Shown here: one piece after another, positions 57,375 to 64,000 of the stretch
How the letters are laid out: each line of letters opens with the position of its first letter
Numbering within the stretch: the first letter of the stretch is position 1
Source: a virus
Taxonomy: Duplodnaviria; Heunggongvirae; Uroviricota; Caudoviricetes
DNA length: 64,000 bases
Direction: 5' to 3' (one strand)
Virus record (IMG/VR): IMGVR_UViG_3300034095_001584
Notes under the pieces: model-generated
What the model was told of the DNA's origin: nothing
Seen by the model: only the letters and a program-made list of their open reading frames with translations
Databases searched by the model: none
Translations under genes and position numbers: made by a program

Positions 57375-58280
57375 TTATCGGTTGGTGTTTCCAATGTTAA
57401 CGAACGGTACAACACCACCTCCATTATATACCGGCAACTTACCATCCCACCTCTGAAGCGCTTCATATTGAACCAGTGCCGGAGTTAGAGACTGAGCCAA
57501 CACCAAGTTAGCCTTGGACTGTGCCTCTGCCTTAAGGGCAATACTCTTTGCCTCACCTTCCGCCTTGGCAATGTTACTTTCCTTCTCACCACGAGCCTTT
57601 TCAATCACTTGATCCGCCTCAGCCTTACTTTGACGAACCTTGGTTTCAGCCTCAATAGCCTTTTGACTAGCTTCTAGGACTGCGTTAATACGAGTTTGAA
57701 CACTTTGATCAACACGAAGACCACCATGGAAACTGATCAATTCAAACTTAAATCCCTTGGGTCCAAGTTGTACATTAAGATTACTCTTAACATTGTCAAG
57801 AAGGTACTGTTTCCGTTCACCAAAGATATCACTAGCCTTCATGGTACTAGCAACACGGTTGAATGCGTTATTCACTTCATTCCTCATAAATCCGTGAGTA
57901 ATAACATCAGGTGACTGACGGAATTCAACAAAGATTTGAGGAACCTTCTCTGCCACAAATGTATAAGCAAGAGCAATGTCAGCATTAACAACAGCACCTT
58001 CAATACTATTAAAGGTCACACTGTCATCACCAGGACTTTCCTTACTACCACGTTCACGGTCCCACACAGCATTCTGCATGAAGGTAGGGAACTTATAGAT
58101 ATCCTCAGTGAGTGGATTGTAGAACACACCACCAGTAACCAACGGAAAATCATTGACTCCCTTTTGGTTACCCCACTGATTTACCTTGATACCAACATAA
58201 CCAGGCTCAACCCTATCACAACCAGTAAAGGTTGAAATGGCGACGATACCAGCGATTACACTAACGAGCTTCTTATTCAT
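57375..58280 (-). CDS. SPFH/band-7 (prohibitin/HflK-like) lipoprotein
   Basis: lipobox AISTFTGCD; SPFH core; Ala/Glu/Lys-rich coiled-coil tail. Confidence 0.75.
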   Translation of the reverse strand: MNKKLVSVIAGIVAISTFTGCDRVEPGYVGIKVNQWGNQKGVNDFPLVTGGVFYNPLTEDIYKFPTFMQNAVWDRERGSKESPGDDSVTFNSIEGAVVNADIALAYTFVAEKVPQIFVEFRQSPDVITHGFMRNEVNNAFNRVASTMKASDIFGERKQYLLDNVKSNLNVQLGPKGFKFELISFHGGLRVDQSVQTRINAVLEASQKAIEAETKVRQSKAEADQVIEKARGEKESNIAKAEGEAKSIALKAEAQSKANLVLAQSLTPALVQYEALQRWDGKLPVYNGGGVVPFVNIGNTNR

Positions 58281-58509
58281 TTTCTTTGTTTTCAGTTTTG
58301 TTGATGTTTTTTACCAACTTGGTCACATCACTTTTTAAGATTACCATCGTACCAACGAAAAGTCCAGCGAAAAGTGCGGACCCGATAAGATTTGCAACAT
58401 CGCTCTTTTGATTAATCAATGTGACGGATGCGTTAAAAATGTACGCACCCACCGCCATCAACACAAAATACTTTGCACTATACTTTACAATATTTTTATT
58501 ACTAAACAT
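58273..58509 (-). CDS. small two-TM membrane protein (candidate partner of the SPFH protein)
   Basis: 78 aa, two hydrophobic helices; 8-nt overlap with SPFH gene. Confidence 0.5.
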   Translation of the reverse strand: MFSNKNIVKYSAKYFVLMAVGAYIFNASVTLINQKSDVANLIGSALFAGLFVGTMVILKSDVTKLVKNINKTENKENE

Positions 58510-58512
58510 ATA

Positions 58513-58902
58513 TTAATTTTCCTTGATATAAAGTTCTGGAACCTCAGAGGTCAATGGAATAACCACATCTTCCAAAGGTTCATCTGATTCAGACGCACCA
58601 TAATTGCCGTCTCTTGTGTTTGGAATAGGCAGATACTCAGTAGTCCAATGTTCACGACATTCCTTGGCAGTCTTCTTCAATGGAGGAAGTTCATCACCAT
58701 CCATGTCATACACAATGATATACTGAAAACTATTATTATATGTACAATCATTGTATTCACTATGAACTACAATAACCATTGTGGTTGCTTCAGGAGGATA
58801 ATACTTCTTGGCAAACGCAATGTGTTCTTTATACTTTTGTGTATTAGGAACATAACCAAGTTTGGCTAGATCCTGTAATGTTGCTCTACGATATGTACTC
58901 AT
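58513..58902 (-). CDS. hypothetical protein
   Basis: 129-aa ORF. Confidence 0.45.
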   Translation of the reverse strand: MSTYRRATLQDLAKLGYVPNTQKYKEHIAFAKKYYPPEATTMVIVVHSEYNDCTYNNSFQYIIVYDMDGDELPPLKKTAKECREHWTTEYLPIPNTRDGNYGASESDEPLEDVVIPLTSEVPELYIKEN

Positions 58903-58905
58903 ATA

Positions 58906-59292
58906 TTAATAGTTTAGAACGTCCTCACGGGTAATAGATAGATGTTCATATTCATCACCATATAGGTCTTCATGGATACAATGAACATCACCAAAAAGTT
59001 CAATTAGTGATTCAAGCACAGGATTTGGTTTATATTCCTTCGTTGCATTATCCCACTCCCGTTCAACTTCTTCACCTTCTACTACAATCTTGAGATCTTC
59101 ATATCCAATATAGAATGAGGTTGCGCCACCATCATTAAATTCGTGGTTATTAATATACATCTCAACGCTGTCCAATGTAGGATTATCCACAAAGATCTTC
59201 TTTAGACCAGTCTTAAACTCATTCTGGAGTTCTGACTTAACTGTGTTGAGTTGATTCTTTAGCTCTTCAATTTTCTTAAGTGATTCCTTCAT
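58906..59292 (-). CDS. hypothetical protein with N-terminal coiled coil
   Basis: 128-aa ORF. Confidence 0.45.
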   Translation of the reverse strand: MKESLKKIEELKNQLNTVKSELQNEFKTGLKKIFVDNPTLDSVEMYINNHEFNDGGATSFYIGYEDLKIVVEGEEVEREWDNATKEYKPNPVLESLIELFGDVHCIHEDLYGDEYEHLSITREDVLNY

Positions 59293-59305
59293 ATGTTTTG
59301 TTTTA

Positions 59306-59782
59306 TTAGTCTCCGATTACGTTCTTGATACTACCACTGAAAGTTTTAGAAGTCAAACCATTTTTAGCACGGGATTTACGACCTTCATCAATCTTCACAA
59401 AGCTGGGAGGATGTGAAATGCCATTCTGCATCCAACTCTTGAACTCCATTTCAGCCAGATAGTCTTGGGCTGAAGGAATAAACTTATTAGCAAAGTCTTC
59501 CAAACAATGTTGTTCACCAATATCCCGCACACTTACACTACGTCCATCACTATTAATAATAGTAGGAAAACGATGATCACTGGTTTCTGGACCACTATTG
59601 GCAAACTTTACCCGTTCCAGAATATTACTAAGAAACCAACTATTGTGTGTTAAAGCACGATGTCGGTTATCCGCAATTGCGCCTTTACTACAATCCATGA
59701 ACGAGTGTATAGGTTCATAATCTTCTGGCTTACCGCCGAATTTACGGACGGAACTTTGAGCGTGAATGTATGGTTTTGACAT
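59306..59782 (-). CDS. hypothetical protein
   Basis: 158-aa ORF. Confidence 0.45.
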   Translation of the reverse strand: MSKPYIHAQSSVRKFGGKPEDYEPIHSFMDCSKGAIADNRHRALTHNSWFLSNILERVKFANSGPETSDHRFPTIINSDGRSVSVRDIGEQHCLEDFANKFIPSAQDYLAEMEFKSWMQNGISHPPSFVKIDEGRKSRAKNGLTSKTFSGSIKNVIGD

Positions 59783-59820
59783 AACAAATTCAATCTACCA
59801 CGGGTTTTATAACAAGTCAA

Positions 59821-59852
59821 CAAAAAATCCCCTCTTTTTACGGAGGGGATTT
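59821..59852 (-). terminator. rho-independent terminator
   Basis: atcccctc...gaggggat stem, T-run on minus strand. Confidence 0.6.
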
Positions 59853-59858
59853 GTATAC

Positions 59859-60533
59859 TTAATGATGTTTATCATGCTTGACATGATTTTTATTCATCAT
59901 AATCTTCTGAATTTCTGGAAAAGACAATGGTTTGCCATGACCATCCCAACCAACATCCAGAATTTTATTGTCTGGATATTCTACTTGAGTGGTTGGATTG
60001 GTGTAGTGGCTATGTCCACTCAACTGCCAAGCACCCTTTTGCATTTGGTTAAAGATTTGATGTGGGTAATGATGAATAACAATCATATGACCGTTTACAA
60101 TCAATTCCTTATAATAACCCAGATAAGTTAGTTTACCAATTGCATATGGATACACTTCAATGCCATCATTAGGACTGTTACCAGTGAATCTAACCATATT
60201 CAAATGGCCAGCAACAGCATCTTCATAATGCTTACGAATACAGCTGTTATGATTACCCCAAATATAAGCAATATTTTGACAGTTGATTCTATCTAGAATT
60301 TGCACAAACTCTGGAGGAGTAATATTTAGACAAAAATCACCCAAATGAATTAGTGTATCTTGTGGACGCACCACTTCATTGATCTTTGCAATCAAAGCAT
60401 CATCGTGTTCATAACGATCTTTATAACCTCTAGCTTCAAATATGAAGCTTTGATTATGCCGGAAATGAGTATCACTGGTAAAGAATACCTTGTGATCATC
60501 ATTATGAATTAGTTTTAGCGGTCTTTCAAACAT
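59859..60533 (-). CDS. calcineurin-like metallophosphoesterase (candidate RNA 3'-phosphatase, Pnkp-type)
   Basis: SDTHF, GDF, GNHN, GHSH motifs; 8-nt overlap with kinase gene. Confidence 0.7.
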   Translation of the reverse strand: MFERPLKLIHNDDHKVFFTSDTHFRHNQSFIFEARGYKDRYEHDDALIAKINEVVRPQDTLIHLGDFCLNITPPEFVQILDRINCQNIAYIWGNHNSCIRKHYEDAVAGHLNMVRFTGNSPNDGIEVYPYAIGKLTYLGYYKELIVNGHMIVIHHYPHQIFNQMQKGAWQLSGHSHYTNPTTQVEYPDNKILDVGWDGHGKPLSFPEIQKIMMNKNHVKHDKHH

Positions 60534-60981
60534 AAATTACCTCATCAATACCTTCACTATGTGAAGGTTCTTCAAACTTAGCAAGCATTTTGTCAATAAC
60601 CCAATCAGGTACAACTCTACCACCTTCTTGGCCTCTCTTTTTATTTCTATCAATTAGACCTTGACGATCCATCTTGAAGACAAGAGCAACTACTTTTGCG
60701 CCATATTTCTTTGCGGTGGTAATGTAATCAGCTCTTTCCTTACGGTTTACACTGGTTGCATCAACCAATACATTTTTACCATCTTTTAGAAATTCGTCAA
60801 CCTTTCTTTTGATGTGACCAAAAACAAGTGGGGTAACGGTTTGATCATCTTCACCTTTACCAAATACAGCACGTAGTTCATCACTACTTAGGTATTCAAT
60901 ATCTTTATCTTTAATAAAGTTCTTTGCGTAAGTGGATTTACCGCTTCCAGGCAATCCAACAGCGATATAAATTGTACTCAT
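60526..60981 (-). CDS. P-loop polynucleotide 5'-kinase (T4 Pnk kinase-domain-like)
   Basis: GLPGSGKSTYA Walker A; NKKRGQEGGRVVPDWVIDKM parallels T4 Pnk NSKRG..VP. Confidence 0.7.
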   Translation of the reverse strand: MSTIYIAVGLPGSGKSTYAKNFIKDKDIEYLSSDELRAVFGKGEDDQTVTPLVFGHIKRKVDEFLKDGKNVLVDATSVNRKERADYITTAKKYGAKVVALVFKMDRQGLIDRNKKRGQEGGRVVPDWVIDKMLAKFEEPSHSEGIDEVIYV

Positions 60982-61042
60982 GTTGTTACTGTAACATAAC
61001 TTTTTCTAAGGTCAACCATTTTTGTTTTTATATGTATGTGAT

Positions 61043-61672
61043 ATGTTGACTGAAATGGATCTAAATCGTCTTAAACGTAAATACAATTTAAATTTAAAAG
61101 GTATAATAAACGTAGGCAGTTATTTAGCTAGTGAATATGATTTATATAAAAAGTTAAATGTAAACAATATAATTTTTATAGAAGCCAATCCAAATATAAT
61201 TGATAAATTAAAAATGCGTGTAGGACTTGAATGTATTATATTGAACCATTTAGTTTATGATAAAGATGATGTAGAATTGGATTTTAAGATATCCAATCAT
61301 TTACAATCTTCTTCCTTGTTGGATTTTAAACAACACAAAATCTATTATCCTGAATTATCTAATGTAATTGATACTATTAGATTAAAAACAAAAAAGCTTG
61401 ATACGTTAATAGAAGAAAACCATATTGATATGAATAAATTCAATATGTTAATGATGGATGTTCAAGGAACAGAAAAATTAGTATTGGATGGATTTGTAAA
61501 ATATATAAAACACATAGAATACATTTATACTGAAATTAATTTTGAGGAAATGTATAAAGACTGTGTATTGTTTGATACACTTAATGAATGTTTAAAGACT
61601 CACGGATTTAAACTTATTGAATATTTTGATACTAACAAAGGATGGGGAGATGCTTTATATGGAAAAGTATAA
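61043..61672 (+). CDS. FkbM-family methyltransferase (putative)
   Basis: IINVGSYLASEY and C-terminal LMMDVQGTEKLVLDG; track ORF starts at TTG 61022, first ATG 61043. Confidence 0.45.
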   Translation: MLTEMDLNRLKRKYNLNLKGIINVGSYLASEYDLYKKLNVNNIIFIEANPNIIDKLKMRVGLECIILNHLVYDKDDVELDFKISNHLQSSSLLDFKQHKIYYPELSNVIDTIRLKTKKLDTLIEENHIDMNKFNMLMMDVQGTEKLVLDGFVKYIKHIEYIYTEINFEEMYKDCVLFDTLNECLKTHGFKLIEYFDTNKGWGDALYGKV

Positions 61673-62408
61673 AAATAAAATATGTATAGTGATAAGTAGT
61701 TGTGACAAATATCTAAGATTGGCAGATGTACAATTACATTTTTTCAAGAAATACTGGCCAAATTGTCCCCTTGATATTTTTTATATTACAGAGACAAAAC
61801 CAATTCCTAATATTGATTCTAATTTAAAAATTATAAATTTTATTACTCATATTGATCCTGTAGGACCATCAGACTGGGGTAAAAATTTAAAGATGTTATT
61901 TGATTCAACCAAATATGATTATATTTTATACACCCAAGACGATTATATATTTACTGATTTTGTTGATGAAGGTAAATTGTCACAATTGTTTAAATATGTA
62001 ATTGAAAATGATATTAATTATTTAAGATTTTATGGAAGTCCTGGTATGTGCACACACAAACTTATAACAATATCTGACGATGTAAAGATAAGAGAGATAC
62101 CAAAAGATTGTTTATTCAGAGCCAGTTTAATGATTGCAATATGGAATAAAAACACATTCAATAATTTAATTCATACAAATTATGGTATTACTCCATGGAA
62201 ATTTGAATTGAATAATATTGACCGTGAATATGATAAATTTTATTGTGTAGATCTAAAAAGAGAAGATGACAGTGATGTAATAAAATTTACAGGAATTTAT
62301 GGATCAGGAGATAATTTACAAATTTATCCACATGTAAAACAAATGATTAAAAATGAAAATATAAAAACATCTACGGGAGAAAACTTTGATGTTGACTTAA
62401 AATTGTAA
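61650..62408 (+). CDS. hypothetical protein (possible glycan-modifying enzyme)
   Basis: track ORF starts at TTG 61617; ATG candidates at 61650 and 61659. Confidence 0.4.
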   Translation: MLYMEKYKNKICIVISSCDKYLRLADVQLHFFKKYWPNCPLDIFYITETKPIPNIDSNLKIINFITHIDPVGPSDWGKNLKMLFDSTKYDYILYTQDDYIFTDFVDEGKLSQLFKYVIENDINYLRFYGSPGMCTHKLITISDDVKIREIPKDCLFRASLMIAIWNKNTFNNLIHTNYGITPWKFELNNIDREYDKFYCVDLKREDDSDVIKFTGIYGSGDNLQIYPHVKQMIKNENIKTSTGENFDVDLKL

Positions 62409-62496
62409 AGTTAGTGTAAAAGATGTTTATTTAGGGTATGTGATATGGTATGTATAGAATGTAATCTATGGTGGTTACTAAACAAAAGGAAAATAT

Positions 62497-62817
62497 ATGT
62501 ATAAGTATCTATTAGTGTTAGCCGCAGCATTTACCTTAAATGCTCAAGAAGGTCCAAAAGGTCCACCTCCAGGTGAAGGCCGTACACCCCGTCCAAAGTT
62601 GACTGAGGAACAAAAGAAGCAACGTAGTGAATTGATTGCTAAATATGACGCAAACAAAGACGGTAAGTTGGACAAGGAAGAACGTACCAAGGTCAGTGAT
62701 GATGATCGTAAACTATTGAGAAGTTTTGGGCCACCAGCAGGCGGTCCAAGAGGTCCAAAACATGACGGTCCACCAAAAGATGGTGAAAGACTAGGTAAAC
62801 CAAAGAAGAAAGACTAA
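62497..62817 (+). CDS. secreted EF-hand calcium-binding, Pro/Gly-rich protein
   Basis: signal-like N-terminus; DANKDGKLDKEE canonical 12-residue EF loop. Confidence 0.55.
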   Translation: MYKYLLVLAAAFTLNAQEGPKGPPPGEGRTPRPKLTEEQKKQRSELIAKYDANKDGKLDKEERTKVSDDDRKLLRSFGPPAGGPRGPKHDGPPKDGERLGKPKKKD

Positions 62818-62828
62818 TAAACAAATAA

Positions 62829-62853
62829 CCCCACTTTTAACGGTGGGGTTTTT
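62829..62853. terminator. bidirectional rho-independent terminator at convergent junction
   Basis: ccccac-ttttaacg-gtgggg followed by TTTTT, A-rich before. Confidence 0.7.
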
Positions 62854-62859
62854 CATTAT

Positions 62860-63357
62860 TTATGATGTTGGTAAACTATTTTTAAAGGCATCATATTGAT
62901 TATGATTTCCTACAAATATCCATACAATTTTGAATCCATTTGGTATGTCAGTTTTAATTCCAACTGATCTGTAATTTGCGTTTATAGCAATACTCCAATA
63001 ATTACCTTTTCTATGTTTTAAAGGTTTGAAATGTAATGATGGTTCTTTTGAATCTTTTAAAAATAACTTATATCTTTCTATAGCAGTTCTTTTTATTGGT
63101 TCTGGTAAATTGTTATACAATTCCCACCAATCACCTGTAGGAACACTTACTATAGTAAGAGATGGTGGTGTTGTAGGCGTAACAGATTGTGGATTTTTAG
63201 CTTCTGATATACCCAATAACTTTTCAAATGCTCCAGAATTATCTTCTGTAGTATCAAATACACTCCAGTCTACTTTTTCTTCCCAGTTGTAATCATTTAA
63301 TGATTCAAGAAGCAGTTTCTTATGTTTTTCAAATGTTGTTGTGAATATATCATTCAT
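62860..63357 (-). CDS. hypothetical protein
   Basis: 165-aa ORF. Confidence 0.5.
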   Translation of the reverse strand: MNDIFTTTFEKHKKLLLESLNDYNWEEKVDWSVFDTTEDNSGAFEKLLGISEAKNPQSVTPTTPPSLTIVSVPTGDWWELYNNLPEPIKRTAIERYKLFLKDSKEPSLHFKPLKHRKGNYWSIAINANYRSVGIKTDIPNGFKIVWIFVGNHNQYDAFKNSLPTS

Positions 63358-63358
63358 A

Positions 63359-63745
63359 TTATTTTTTAATCTTGAAAGTAAAATCTATTACTAAATCTTG
63401 ATTTATTGACCACATTGTTAATTGTTCATGTATATCTTGTAGATTTTCTCTTACTGTTTTTGACATTAACTCATCAATTATATCAATAATGGTGAATGTG
63501 GTTTCAATTTGTTTGTCTTTATTTGGTAATATAGACATTTTTAATTTTTCTTCAAACTGTACATCATTACCAAAATTAGCCGTTAAAACTCTATGTAATT
63601 CTAGTACATATTTTTTTAAATGATCTACATCACTACCAGTTACAGTTGAAACTATGGTTAAATCTTGTGTTGGTCTAAAACCAGGTGCAAAATCTATTTC
63701 ACATAAACATTCTTTTATCAATTGTTTCAATTGTGCTTGAGTCAT
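63359..63745 (-). CDS. hypothetical protein
   Basis: 128-aa ORF, 1-nt spacing. Confidence 0.5.
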   Translation of the reverse strand: MTQAQLKQLIKECLCEIDFAPGFRPTQDLTIVSTVTGSDVDHLKKYVLELHRVLTANFGNDVQFEEKLKMSILPNKDKQIETTFTIIDIIDELMSKTVRENLQDIHEQLTMWSINQDLVIDFTFKIKK

Positions 63746-63770
63746 ATCAATATAAATATTGACTTAAAAT

Positions 63771-63800
63771 AAAAAAACCCCACTAAATTAATAGTGGGGG
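63771..63800 (-). terminator. rho-independent terminator
   Basis: ccccac...gtgggg stem, A-run on plus = T-run on minus. Confidence 0.55.
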
Positions 63801-63807
63801 TATCGTT

Positions 63808-63987
63808 TTAGTTCTTCAATACTTGAAATAGTAACTTCTTATATTCTTCCTTGCCTAACGACTTACCATCAAGCAACTTGAACAAAAATGAAGCTCTATT
63901 AGTATTACCATAAGCTGAAATTACTTGTTCAGCCTGTAACTTACGAGTAGGTAGAGTCTTGAGTCTGTTATTCACAAAATCATTCAT
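63808..63987 (-). CDS. hypothetical small protein; possibly 5'-partial extending beyond window end
   Basis: track start 63996 is GTG; first ATG 63987; frame still open at 64000. Confidence 0.35.
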   Translation of the reverse strand: MNDFVNNRLKTLPTRKLQAEQVISAYGNTNRASFLFKLLDGKSLGKEEYKKLLFQVLKN

Positions 63988-64000
63988 ACCACTCACAATC

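Noticed and set aside
1-64000. Interpretation as a eukaryotic giant-virus (mimivirus/chlorovirus-like) segment
   Set aside because: GMD, glycosyltransferases, ankyrin and LRR/FNIP-like repeats, tRNAs and HEGs would fit a giant virus. But the rho-independent terminators with T-runs at strand switches, pervasive ATGA translational coupling, lipobox and prepilin leader peptides, and T4 Pnk-like repair genes favour a bacteriophage.
1-64000. CRISPR array or integrase/attachment site
   Set aside because: No spacer-interrupted direct repeats anywhere. No tyrosine/serine recombinase motif seen in the window. The only tandem repeats are the coding SGT repeat and protein-level repeats.

Overview
The window is strongly AT-rich (roughly 30% GC by eye) and densely packed with genes on both strands. 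I read it as part of a large tailed bacteriophage genome, likely jumbo-phage-like, rather than a bacterial chromosome or a eukaryotic giant virus. Reasons for that reading: stem-loop plus T-run terminators sit at strand switches; successive genes overlap in ATGA; lipobox and prepilin-type leader peptides occur; a tRNA cluster sits beside tRNA-repair enzymes; many free-standing homing endonucleases are present; a ~2-kb run of small early-gene-like ORFs is present. Most starts I checked lack Shine-Dalgarno motifs, so a Bacteroidota-type host is possible; this is low confidence. Content in order: (i) 1-7.5 kb, four tightly packed minus-strand fibre/spike-like genes, including a 1326-aa protein with a ~390-aa (SGT/SGS)n linker encoded by a 9/24-nt tandem DNA repeat. 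(ii) 7.5-14 kb, a plus-strand block with an SNF2 helicase, an HNH-like nuclease, GDP-mannose 4,6-dehydratase and small proteins. (iii) 14-26 kb, a minus-strand block: HNH and GIY-YIG-like nucleases, a metallophosphatase, ~10 small early-type ORFs, ATP-dependent DNA ligase, a SpoU RNA methyltransferase, and a glycosylation island of tandem GT-A paralogs plus an O-methyltransferase. (iv) 26-33 kb: a prepilin-like protein, two CDA-fold deaminases flanking a 2OG oxygenase, an HD-domain protein, and a cyclic-nucleotide module (membrane sensor adenylate cyclase, OMP-like protein, ankyrin-cyclase fusion). (v) 37-38 kb, an Ig-like domain protein. (vi) 38.85-42.1 kb, a tRNA cluster of at least 8 tRNAs on the minus strand. 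It includes three CAT tRNAs, Leu-CAA, Ile-UAU and Arg-UCU, several with unusual T-loops. It also includes one tRNA gene split by a ~202-nt putative group I intron after U34, a truncated tRNA 3' half, and an embedded NUMOD3-type homing endonuclease. (vii) 44.9 kb, a 2H phosphoesterase, followed by a group of otherwise unrelated proteins sharing a propeptide-like N-terminus (MIKLIDLLNE / LAEAP). (viii) 48.3-51.5 kb, four tandem LRR-type paralogs plus a GNAT. (ix) 53-61 kb: NodU/CmcH carbamoyltransferase, a minimal nucleotidyltransferase, an Rnl5-like RNA ligase, an SPFH lipoprotein, and a Pnk-like P-loop kinase with a metallophosphoesterase (split Pnkp-type RNA repair). (x) 61-64 kb, an FkbM-like methyltransferase and an EF-hand secreted protein. 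All functional calls rest on motif-level reading of the translations. No similarity search was run.
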